Below are positions 1-7,571 of a stretch of 24,527 nt of DNA, in pieces. The DNA comes from a virus (Duplodnaviria > Caudoviricetes), in IMG/VR virus record IMGVR_UViG_3300049205_000115, positions 1-24,527 of that record. One strand, 5' to 3'. The stretch's first letter is position 1; each line of letters starts with the position of its first letter. A model generated the notes under the pieces. It had not been told where the DNA came from and did no database searches. It saw nothing but the letters and a program-made list of their open reading frames with translations. A program made the position numbers and the translations under genes.

Positions 1-2
1 GC

Positions 3-380
3 TTACAATGGTACCATAGGGGCAAATGTCACGTAGATGATGGACTTATTTATCCAAGCATTAATTGGGTTATCTGTGGCGGTGAAAGTGGCCACAATGC
101 AAGACCTATGCACCCTGACTGGGCGAGGTCATTACGTGATCAATGCATTGAAGCTAATGTTCCATTTTTTTTCAAGCAATGGGGTGAGCATATACCTATA
201 AGCCAAATGTCAAAAAAACAAATTGACGAAATAGATCCGGATGATTTACATGATAAAAACCGGGTAAACCACGAACTTGACCCGTATCAATCGATTTGTA
301 AGATGGGCAAAAAATGGACCGGCTCTTTACTTGATGATCGTGAATGGAAAGAATTTCCGGCAAGTAATTATTCTATATAG
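3..380 (+). CDS. DUF5131 / phage Gp37-Gp68 family protein, C-terminal part (5' truncated by window)
   Basis: The frame of the 108..380 ORF is open back to nt 3 and reads ...INWVICGGESGHNARPMHPDWARSLRDQC...VPFFFKQWGE, the characteristic C-terminal motif of this family. Confidence 0.88.
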   Translation, partial: LQWYHRGKCHVDDGLIYPSINWVICGGESGHNARPMHPDWARSLRDQCIEANVPFFFKQWGEHIPISQMSKKQIDEIDPDDLHDKNRVNHELDPYQSICKMGKKWTGSLLDDREWKEFPASNYSI

Positions 381-395
381 AATTAAATAAATAAT
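365..395. repeat. Copy 1 of 31-bp junction motif TAATTATTCYWTAWAGAATWANWTRAATAAT (palindromic core 368-385)
   Basis: TAATTATTCTATATAGAATTAAATAAATAAT; aligns without gaps to copies at 5146, 9025 and 18048; overlaps the stop of ORF1 and the ATG at 394. Confidence 0.75.
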
Positions 396-951
396 GAAAC
401 CAGCTGAAGGAAAAGCTATATTGGACAGCGTACTGAAGCGCGGGTGGGTGAGGAACGGTGATAAGGTCCTCACCCCTTCCGAGGCAACAGCTTTAAATCT
501 GAAAACCAAAAGAAAGGTAAAATTACCAAAGGCAAAACGGACTGGATGGATTGATGATGACCTCAATTTGCGAAACTTAGGTAAAAATACCGATGTTTTT
601 ATCCGTCTGGTCAAATTGGATTTAGACCTGGTAGTTTGGCCAGAATTTTACTTTACCCTTGAAAAGCAATACCGATTTGATTATGCCATACCGGTAGCGG
701 CTGACGGCAAAGTATTAAAAATCGCCATCGAAGTCGAGGGGGGTATATGGGCCAAAGGTAATAGTGGTCATTCATCTGGTACCGGCATAGCCAGGGACAT
801 GAAGAAAAGCACACTGGCCAACATTAACGGGTGGACTCTAATCCGGTGCACACCCACTGAAATAAATAAAGAACCGGGCAAAATTATTGAATTAATCAAA
901 AAAGCATTATTAACCATTCAATCAAAAACCCATTTGAAACGCACCCACTAA
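394..951 (+). CDS. PD-(D/E)xK nuclease-fold protein (DUF559/Vsr-like, common phage type)
   Basis: EFYF...YRFDYA...IAIEVEGGIW...GH..G.G...D..K...A...GW..IR.T pattern typical of this phage endonuclease family. Confidence 0.75.
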   Translation: MKPAEGKAILDSVLKRGWVRNGDKVLTPSEATALNLKTKRKVKLPKAKRTGWIDDDLNLRNLGKNTDVFIRLVKLDLDLVVWPEFYFTLEKQYRFDYAIPVAADGKVLKIAIEVEGGIWAKGNSGHSSGTGIARDMKKSTLANINGWTLIRCTPTEINKEPGKIIELIKKALLTIQSKTHLKRTH

Positions 952-953
952 CG

Positions 954-1007
954 ATGTTTATGCTGCTTATGCTAGTGCTTGCAATTGCTATTTACTTTTT
1001 AAATTAA
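954..1007 (+). CDS. Putative 17-aa hydrophobic micropeptide MFMLLMLVLAIAIYFLN
   Basis: Not in the ORF track; fills the gap between the stop at 951 and the ATG at 1010 with 2-nt spacers; almost wholly hydrophobic. Confidence 0.4.
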   Translation: MFMLLMLVLAIAIYFLN

Positions 1008-1009
1008 AT

Positions 1010-1513
1010 ATGAAAGTATTATCACTATTACAACCATGGGCGTCGCTCGTAGTGACAGCCCACCCAAATGTCTGCATAGTTGGACCAAACGGAAAAGAAG
1101 CCAGAGGTATTAAACAATGGGAAACCAGATCGTGGCAGCCAAAGGATCCAACGCTCATCGAAGTATTAAAAACGGAAGGATTTCTAATCCATGCATCAAA
1201 AGCGTGGAAGAATGATCAAAAACAGTTATACTATCAATGGCCATTTACAGAGTATTCAGAAAATTTAAATCTGGCGTTCGGTTGCATTATTGGACATGTT
1301 AAGCTTGATCAAATCTGGTCATCTGATAAATGGGTTAGCAATACTTCAGTATCAGAGTCGGAAGGTATCCAGGAAGAGTATTACTTCGGCGATTATTCGC
1401 CCGGTAGATTCGCGTGGTTATTGAGGTCACCAATATTATTCAAAGAACCAATCCCAGCAGCTGGCGCCCTTGGTTTCTGGAACTATAATGGACCATTGCC
1501 CGAACTATCATAA
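1010..1513 (+). CDS. ASCH domain protein
   Basis: N-terminal LSLLQPWASLVV, GIKQWETRSW (GxKxxExR), LIHAS, G.IIG.V.L and a C-terminal AWLL..P...PIPA.G.LGFW, all hallmarks of ASCH/PUA-like domains. Confidence 0.9.
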   Translation: MKVLSLLQPWASLVVTAHPNVCIVGPNGKEARGIKQWETRSWQPKDPTLIEVLKTEGFLIHASKAWKNDQKQLYYQWPFTEYSENLNLAFGCIIGHVKLDQIWSSDKWVSNTSVSESEGIQEEYYFGDYSPGRFAWLLRSPILFKEPIPAAGALGFWNYNGPLPELS

Positions 1514-1546
1514 TTAACTTATTAATACACTAAAATTATAAATAAC

Positions 1547-1957
1547 ATGAAATTAAAACTATTTAAGCCAACAGATTTGGAAGCCGTCGTATATGGCAAA
1601 GTTGGCATTACATTACGCACCGATGGTGTATTTTCATTTTCGGTAGCCTTAACGGAATTAATGGGATTGAAAGCTGATGATAAAGTGCTGATTGCTCAAG
1701 ATGAAGAAAAACCATTAGATTGGTATATACTAAAACACGAAGAGGGTTTTATATTAAGACACCCCGGTAAAGAGAAAAAGGGTGTGAGTTTTAGCAACAA
1801 ACGGCTTAGAAAAATAATACTTGAAGCAGTATTATTCGAAGATAAAACCTGCTCGTTTTTGGTTGCAAAGGAACCCACCGAAATCGATGGAGTTAAATAC
1901 TGGGCCATAATAACTAAGTCGGTTAAGGCAAGTACAAGACCAGCCATTAAAGCATAA
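1547..1957 (+). CDS. Hypothetical protein
   Basis: 136-aa ORF with an A-rich start context, coupled to the next gene (TAATG overlap). Confidence 0.7.
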   Translation: MKLKLFKPTDLEAVVYGKVGITLRTDGVFSFSVALTELMGLKADDKVLIAQDEEKPLDWYILKHEEGFILRHPGKEKKGVSFSNKRLRKIILEAVLFEDKTCSFLVAKEPTEIDGVKYWAIITKSVKASTRPAIKA

Positions 1958-2505
1958 TGATGGGAAGTATTAAAGAGTTAATAGACTATCTACTCAACGT
2001 AGTTAAATTTTGGATAATAGTTAATCCGTGGGAGCGTGCTATAAGAGTACGTTTCGGGAAGAATCAAAAATTACTTAAGGGCGGAGTGCATTTCAGGATA
2101 CCTTTTTTAGATAATTTTTATATTCAGTGCATTCGTCTTCGGGTAGTTGCCCTATCCATGCAAACACTTACTTCTAAGGATATAAAGACTGTTACTCTAA
2201 ACGGAGTTGCCGGGTATGAGATTACAAACATTGAAACGCTATACAATACCATGCTGTACCCTGAATCAACTATCAGCAATATCATTCAAGGTGAGTTAGC
2301 GGCTTATATCTATTCCCATGACATAGTGAATATTTTACCTGAAGAAATAGAGAAAAGTGTAATGACCAAGCTAGGTGACTTGAACAAATACGGAATAAAA
2401 GTTTCCTATTTCAAGCTAACCAATTTCGCTATAGTTCGCACCTATAGGCTTATACAAGATCATAGCTGGTTTAATGAGGGTATAAAGCTAACTGAAAGTA
2501 AATAA
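1957..2505 (+). CDS. SPFH / Band-7 (prohibitin/HflC-like) domain protein
   Basis: IVNPWERAIRVRFGK...GGVHFRIPFLD...QTLTSKD..TV after a hydrophobic N-terminus, typical of SPFH domains; lacks the long C-terminal coiled coil. Confidence 0.85.
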   Translation: MMGSIKELIDYLLNVVKFWIIVNPWERAIRVRFGKNQKLLKGGVHFRIPFLDNFYIQCIRLRVVALSMQTLTSKDIKTVTLNGVAGYEITNIETLYNTMLYPESTISNIIQGELAAYIYSHDIVNILPEEIEKSVMTKLGDLNKYGIKVSYFKLTNFAIVRTYRLIQDHSWFNEGIKLTESK

Positions 2506-2506
2506 A

Positions 2507-2746
2507 ATGTCTGATACGGACCCACAACGAAAACCATATGAACGAATTCCCATAGGCGGACGTGTTTGCTTTGCTATAGCAACAACGGTCTTTTATGACT
2601 GTGGTTCAATTGAAAGGGGCGATTATGGCAAACGGGTTAATAGCATACACCCAGGAATTTATATTCAATGGGATAATATACCGGGTGTAAGCTATTTAGT
2701 ACGTAGGCGACAATTACATTATCCTATAAACACAAATGGAAAATAA
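2507..2746 (+). CDS. Hypothetical protein
   Basis: 79-aa ORF tightly packed between neighbours. Confidence 0.6.
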   Translation: MSDTDPQRKPYERIPIGGRVCFAIATTVFYDCGSIERGDYGKRVNSIHPGIYIQWDNIPGVSYLVRRRQLHYPINTNGK

Positions 2747-3119
2747 ATACGAAATAGAGGTAGTAAACTTTGGTGATGATTATTTCATTGAAAGCGAAAT
2801 TGCAATCCTAACAGGGTTATCATTGGAAGAAATTTTAATAGTTACGAAGGGTGTACAAAGGCATCCTGGTCAGTGGTATGTTAGGGCTTTTCAAAAGTTG
2901 GGTTATAACTGCAATAATAGGTTTATAAAGTTTGACAAAAAAACTCAATATCCCTGTATGATGCGTTGTAAAAAACGGGGAGTAAATAATTGTTGGTACG
3001 GTTGGATTTATTATGATGGTCATATATATGATATACATGAAGGTAAAATTACCTGGGCCAAATGGAACGCGTTATGGCCAAATTTCAAAGTAACATCAAT
3101 GCTGCAGGTATGGATTTAA
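2736..3119 (+). CDS. Hypothetical protein (possibly a degenerate papain/C39-like fold)
   Basis: IAILTGLSLEEI...AFQKLGY...WIYYDGHIYD resembles phage C39-like proteins, but the expected catalytic Cys and His are not apparent. Confidence 0.6.
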   Translation: MENKYEIEVVNFGDDYFIESEIAILTGLSLEEILIVTKGVQRHPGQWYVRAFQKLGYNCNNRFIKFDKKTQYPCMMRCKKRGVNNCWYGWIYYDGHIYDIHEGKITWAKWNALWPNFKVTSMLQVWI

Positions 3120-3472
3120 ATAATATATCCCTTGATGAATTAGTCCAGGTCCTAAAACATCAGCGTTTTGCCTTACATCAGGAAAAGGAATTACAGGCAG
3201 GCATAGAGCAGCTGTTAATTCAAAAAAGCATTGAATACACCCGGGAGGTGCCATTGTCCAAAGGAAGTATAATTGATTTTATGGTCGGTAATATCGGCAT
3301 TGAGGTTAAAATCAAAAGCGCGCCGAAGTCAATATACTATCAGTGTGTTCGGTACTGTCAGTTCCAGGAAGTTAATTCCATCATACTGCTAACAAACAAA
3401 ATCATCAAACTACCCTCAACTATTAACAAAAAGCCCACCCGGGTTATAAATTTAGGAGAAGCATGGCTTTGA
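3110..3472 (+). CDS. Small PD-(D/E)xK restriction-endonuclease-fold protein
   Basis: EKELQ...YTREVPL...IIDFMV..IGIEVKIK...QC.RY (E, D-x-E-x-K, QxxxY); start placed at ATG 3110 (MDLNN) to avoid a long overlap with the upstream gene. Confidence 0.75.
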   Translation: MDLNNISLDELVQVLKHQRFALHQEKELQAGIEQLLIQKSIEYTREVPLSKGSIIDFMVGNIGIEVKIKSAPKSIYYQCVRYCQFQEVNSIILLTNKIIKLPSTINKKPTRVINLGEAWL

Positions 3473-5148
3473 AAACATATGGCGAATTAATCTATGACGG
3501 CGATCGCAATCGCTTTGTTATTACTAAAGCAGATCCACACGTCTGTATAAAACTTAAACACATATTTCCGCGCATACCGGCCAATGGGGTTATACCGTTC
3601 CATTTCACCAACACTCCAGAAATATGTGCCGACTTACGGTGGTTCATCACCCGTTACCCATTAAAAGCATTGCCGGCCGTTATAGATAAGATTAAGGAAG
3701 GTAAATTACTGTTTGAAAAGAATATTAATGAACTGGAGGCAATACATATGCCGGGTTATGTTCCTGAACCAGTAATTTTAAATGATGGATACTTGCCGCG
3801 GACATATCAACTAACGGGCAAACAAACCCTCATAAAAACAAAACGGCTATTGTTGGGTGATGACCTCGGGCTTGGTAAAACCCTTACTGCAATACTTTCA
3901 TTTTTTACACCGGGAACATTGCCGGCTATTGCTGTAGTGCAAACACACATGCCTCAGCAATGGAAAACCGAAGCTGTTGAGAAGTTTACAAACCTCAGCG
4001 TCCATATTATAAAGGGCACTAGACCATACAGTCTGCCAAAAGCAGATGTTTATATTATCAAATATTCCTGTCTTACTGGATGGGTTAATGTCTTCCAGGA
4101 ACAGTTTTTTAAAATGGCCATATTTGATGAGTGCCAAGAGTTACGAATTGACTCGAGTTTAAAATATGGCTCAGCAATGGTACTATCAAGAAGTGCCGAA
4201 TATGTGCTTGGTTTATCGGCAACCCCTATTTACAACTTTGGTGATGAAATCTATAATGTTTTAAACCTTATTAATCCGGGATGTCTTGGCAATCGTGTTG
4301 ATTTTCTAAGAGAGTGGGCAACTCCCCATGGTCAACATCATCGTATTAATGACCCGCAAGGCCTTGGCTCTTATTTAAGAGAGAAATTCTTATTCCTTCG
4401 CCGTACACGTGCTGAAGTTGGCAGGGAATTACCACCAATCAATAAGATAATTCATACTGTTGGCTTCGATGAAAAGGAAGTGAAAAAATCAGAGGAACTT
4501 GCCAGACAGTTAGCAATGCGGGTAATGACGGGTTCTTTTGTTGACCGCGGTGAAGCCGCCCGAGAATTAGATATGTTGGCCAGATATACCACCGGCATTT
4601 CAAAGGCAAGGGAAGTAGCTCAATACGTTCGAATATTATTGGAAAACAATGAACCTGTTGTTTTAGCCGGCTGGCACAGGGATGTATATTCAATTTGGTT
4701 GGAAGAACTTGCTGACTTTAACCCAGTGATGTATACCGGTAGCGAAGTCGGAATGCAGAAGGAACGGGCCAAAGCTGCCTTTGTAAATGGTGATACTAAT
4801 CTATTCATTATATCCTTGCGGTCAGGCGCTGGTCTTGATGGATTGCAGAAACGATGTAAAACCATTGTGATTGGTGAACTTGATTGGTCGCCGAAAGTTC
4901 ATGATCAATTAATAGGCCGTGTCGATCGGGATGGCCAGCAGGAACAAGTAACAGCGATTTTCCTGGTAAGTGATAGTGGTAGTGATCCAGTAATCATTAA
5001 TTTATTGGGCCTTAAAGCTTCACAGTCTCATGGTATTGTTGACCCATTGCTTACGCCAACCGCGCAACACAGTGATGAAAGCCGTATTAAATTGCTCGCT
5101 CAAAACTATCTTAAAAAAGGGCAAACAGATATCTTTTCAAACAACTAA
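3463..5148 (+). CDS. SNF2-family (SF2) helicase/ATPase
   Basis: LLGDDLGLGKT (Walker A), IFDECQ (motif II), LSATPIYN (III), LRRTRAEV..ELP, G.GLDGLQ (V), W.P....Q..GRVDRDGQ (VI). Confidence 0.95.
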   Translation: MALKTYGELIYDGDRNRFVITKADPHVCIKLKHIFPRIPANGVIPFHFTNTPEICADLRWFITRYPLKALPAVIDKIKEGKLLFEKNINELEAIHMPGYVPEPVILNDGYLPRTYQLTGKQTLIKTKRLLLGDDLGLGKTLTAILSFFTPGTLPAIAVVQTHMPQQWKTEAVEKFTNLSVHIIKGTRPYSLPKADVYIIKYSCLTGWVNVFQEQFFKMAIFDECQELRIDSSLKYGSAMVLSRSAEYVLGLSATPIYNFGDEIYNVLNLINPGCLGNRVDFLREWATPHGQHHRINDPQGLGSYLREKFLFLRRTRAEVGRELPPINKIIHTVGFDEKEVKKSEELARQLAMRVMTGSFVDRGEAARELDMLARYTTGISKAREVAQYVRILLENNEPVVLAGWHRDVYSIWLEELADFNPVMYTGSEVGMQKERAKAAFVNGDTNLFIISLRSGAGLDGLQKRCKTIVIGELDWSPKVHDQLIGRVDRDGQQEQVTAIFLVSDSGSDPVIINLLGLKASQSHGIVDPLLTPTAQHSDESRIKLLAQNYLKKGQTDIFSNN

Positions 5149-5176
5149 TTATTCTATATAGAATAAGATGAATAAT
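5146..5176. repeat. Copy 2 of 31-bp junction motif (perfect 18-bp palindrome TTATTCTATATAGAATAA, 5149-5166)
   Basis: TAATTATTCTATATAGAATAAGATGAATAAT, beginning with the helicase stop codon. Confidence 0.8.
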
Positions 5177-5207
5177 TAGTAAATTACTTGGGCAATAGCT
5201 GCAAAAC

Positions 5208-5489
5208 ATGAAGGCTAATAAGAGTGCACGGGTAATTTTAAATTCCTGTGATGGTAAAACACGTTACAATACGAAGGCTGAATCTAATAAGTATGTGACC
5301 AACTTAAACCGAACCAACGGTACTAAGCGGGTAAAGACTTATTATTGCCCTGTGTGTTTGGGTTATCATTATGGTCATCAGAAGCAAACGCGGATGAAAA
5401 AGAATAAGCAAAACCATGTTGCCGACCTTAGCATTGATCATAAGCCGCGAAAGTTCAAGGGCTTTTTTATTATCAAGCAGAATTTTTAA
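5208..5489 (+). CDS. Small basic putative zinc-binding phage protein
   Basis: C.GK.RY.T..E...YYCPVCLGYH (C...CxxC...H), a recurring phage motif. Confidence 0.65.
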   Translation: MKANKSARVILNSCDGKTRYNTKAESNKYVTNLNRTNGTKRVKTYYCPVCLGYHYGHQKQTRMKKNKQNHVADLSIDHKPRKFKGFFIIKQNF

Positions 5490-5520
5490 ATATGTCATGT
5501 TACGTCGGCGGATTTTTTAC

Positions 5521-5528
5521 TAATTTTG
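5521..5528 (+). promoter_or_regulatory. Candidate Bacteroidota sigma -7 element upstream of the parB-mom cassette
   Basis: TAATTTTG matches TAnnTTTG, 31 nt before ATG 5560; no clear -33 TTTG box seen. Confidence 0.45.
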
Positions 5529-5559
5529 TTTTAATCATATATCAATATTCTTAACATCG

Positions 5560-6183
5560 ATGAATAATACCGACATATCCATAAGGAGCCGGGTCATTGA
5601 AACACGTCCTTTTGACTGGAAAAGCTTCAAGTTTATCCAACAGGATGATTTCAAGGAACACAACGCTATAGATAAAGCCAGGCTTAAAAACTCATTACTT
5701 ACTAATGGATTTATTGCGCCCTTCTATGCCTGGGAACATGAAGGTGTGGTTTATTGCCTTGATGGTAAACACAGATCACTTGATTTGGAACTGTTAATTA
5801 CCGAGGGTGTAGATGTGCCGGAATTGCTTGATACTACCTTCCTACGCCTTGATAGTATTGAACAGGCTGCCAAGATGGTATTATTGTTCTCATCCCATTA
5901 TGCTCAAATAACAAAAAACGGGTTAAGTGGGTTTATTGATATGTATAACCTGAACATTGATATTTTATTGGATGAAATATCATTGCCTGATATGCCTTTG
6001 ATTGAACCGCCAGTACTGCCGATACCGGATGATCTGATCAGTGATGGCCGTAATAAGCCTTCAACCTTAAAAATAACATTTGAAAGTGTTGAAGATGCAG
6101 AGCGCGCGATGCCTATGATTGACAAACTGATCAAGGAACATTTTAAAAACGCATTCTTTTCTGTTTCTTCTGGTGAAATATGA
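5560..6183 (+). CDS. ParB/Sulfiredoxin-like N-terminal domain protein
   Basis: RLKNSLLTNGFIAPFYAW...LDGKHRSL.L..L (ParB-N DGHxR-like motif); ATGA overlap with the mom-like gene. Confidence 0.75.
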   Translation: MNNTDISIRSRVIETRPFDWKSFKFIQQDDFKEHNAIDKARLKNSLLTNGFIAPFYAWEHEGVVYCLDGKHRSLDLELLITEGVDVPELLDTTFLRLDSIEQAAKMVLLFSSHYAQITKNGLSGFIDMYNLNIDILLDEISLPDMPLIEPPVLPIPDDLISDGRNKPSTLKITFESVEDAERAMPMIDKLIKEHFKNAFFSVSSGEI

Positions 6184-6797
6184 GATTAGAGTTGGCCACA
6201 TACGAAGCAGTTAAATATGCATGCCTTAATTTTCATTATGCTAAGGCTGTACCTACAGCATTGTGTAGCTATGCGGTATTTAACAACGATAACGAGTGGT
6301 GTGGCTGTATAGTTTATTCATCAGGCTCAAATCGCCATTTGGGTACCAAATTCGGGTTAGTTCAGGGCCAGGTGTGTGAGTTAGTAAGGATGGCTTTAAA
6401 TGGAAAGCAGGAAAGTACTTCAAAAGCATTATCTTTATCCCTGAAATTACTCGCCAAACATAACCCGTTATTGCAAGTCGTGGTAAGCTATGCAGATTGT
6501 GACCAGCAACATGCCGGCATCATCTACCAGGCTACGAATTGGATATATGAGGGTAAAGTACAATTGAATGGCGGTACTCCGAAGTTTTTGATCAATGGAA
6601 AGGTTACTCATAGTAGGACCATTGGCCAAAGAGGCTGGAAACAAAATATTGACTGGATAAAGAAATATAAGTGTCCTACTGCAGAGTTGGTTTATACCAC
6701 CGGCAAACATAAATACTTATACCCCCTATCCAAAGCATTAAAAGAAAAGTGTAATAAATTAAAACAACCATATCCAAAACCCGCGGTGATAGCTTAA
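6180..6797 (+). CDS. mom: Mom-family (GNAT-fold) DNA adenine hypermodification enzyme
   Basis: FHYAK..P, G.IVYS.G, CELVRMAL, S.ALS.SL.LL, VVSYAD..Q.H.G.IYQATNWIY.G and a terminal K..YLYPL...PYPK, the pattern of phage Mu Mom homologues. Confidence 0.85.
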   Translation: MRLELATYEAVKYACLNFHYAKAVPTALCSYAVFNNDNEWCGCIVYSSGSNRHLGTKFGLVQGQVCELVRMALNGKQESTSKALSLSLKLLAKHNPLLQVVVSYADCDQQHAGIIYQATNWIYEGKVQLNGGTPKFLINGKVTHSRTIGQRGWKQNIDWIKKYKCPTAELVYTTGKHKYLYPLSKALKEKCNKLKQPYPKPAVIA

Positions 6798-6855
6798 TTT
6801 GGTAAAGCGGCAGGCCCTCCAGCTTGCAGATAACGTTCGAGTCGATTTCACCGCT
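6783..6855 (+). ncRNA. tRNA-Gly-like RNA (non-canonical) overlapping the mom 3' end
   Basis: Acceptor GCGGTGA/TCACCGC (7 perfect bp) + discriminator T; T8-A9; D-stem GCTT/AAGC with GG in the loop; anticodon stem GCAGG/CTTGC with 8-nt loop CCCTCCAG containing TCC; T-loop TTCGAGT, but T-stem TAACG/CGATT is mismatched; followed by CAA rather than CCA. Confidence 0.8.
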
Positions 6856-6892
6856 CAATTATTTATATTAGCAGGCTAAAAAATAGCTTGCA

Positions 6893-7132
6893 ATGACAAA
6901 AGAGGAAAAATTAAGATTTATGGCTGAGGTAAAACAAAATGTACTCAATTATTTGCAAGATGAACTTGAAGTAAATACTGCTGCCTTAAAAAGCTATGAG
7001 GATAGGGAAAGCGTTATAAATGGGGATGATCAAATCAAACGCATGCGTGAAATAGAAGCTATGAAGTTACGTGACCGTATCCACGAGTTGAACAGGCACA
7101 TTAAGGTAATTAACAGAATGTATAATGGCTGA
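6893..7132 (+). CDS. Hypothetical helical/coiled-coil protein
   Basis: 79-aa charged helical ORF overlapping the next gene. Confidence 0.65.
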   Translation: MTKEEKLRFMAEVKQNVLNYLQDELEVNTAALKSYEDRESVINGDDQIKRMREIEAMKLRDRIHELNRHIKVINRMYNG

Positions 7133-7571
7133 GGAAGCTGAAATAGACAGTAAAGCCGAGAAAGCTAAAAAGGCAAAAGCTTCCAAAATTGAACATGAGT
7201 CACGCTTAAGGGTTGTGATGGAATGGATCTTGGAAGATTACATTTATGCCGATATGAGAAAGAGTGCTGTCGCTAAATGGGAAATATCCGAGCGCCAGGC
7301 TGAACGTTACATAGCGGATGCATATAAACTTTGCTCGGAATCAATTTCTAAAAACATTGAACAGAAGAAGGGTTATTATATATCTCGGAAAAGAAAGTTA
7401 ATTCGTGATATGGACCCATCAGAAAAGAAGACAGCCGCGGGAGTTACTGCCATAAATAAGATTTTAGATACTATGGCAGAGATAGAGGGTATTAAGACTA
7501 AGAGCGAAACCCCTATCGAAAACAATATAACTCTTAAGATTGGTTATGGCCCAAAAAACGCTGAAGATTGA
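7125..7571 (+). CDS. Probable terminase small subunit
   Basis: Directly upstream of and overlapping terL; HTH-like KWEISERQAERYI and a helical C-terminal region ending in a short beta tail (ITLKIG). Confidence 0.65.
   Translation: MAEEAEIDSKAEKAKKAKASKIEHESRLRVVMEWILEDYIYADMRKSAVAKWEISERQAERYIADAYKLCSESISKNIEQKKGYYISRKRKLIRDMDPSEKKTAAGVTAINKILDTMAEIEGIKTKSETPIENNITLKIGYGPKNAED

Noticed and set aside
3062-3109. Upstream start of the nuclease ORF at 3062 (likewise 23794 for the chaperone)
   Set aside because: Would overlap the upstream genes extensively; downstream ATGs at 3110 and 23815 give normal coupling.
6783-6855. Reading the element as tRNA-Trp (CCA) or as a normal tRNA-Gly
   Set aside because: CCA sits off-centre, one base from the stem, and the acceptor end is Gly-type (GCG/CGC-U73); the 8-nt loop and broken T-stem argue against a standard decoding tRNA.
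6676-6858. 60-aa minus-strand ORF
   Set aside because: Antisense to the mom 3' end and the tRNA-like element; no protein-like features; explained as a shadow.
6864-6871. TATATTAG (and TACTTTTA at 18480-18487) as promoters for the terminase and capsid operons
   Set aside because: One mismatch each to TAnnTTTG in AT-rich DNA and no clear -33 box; plausible but not supportable without TSS data.
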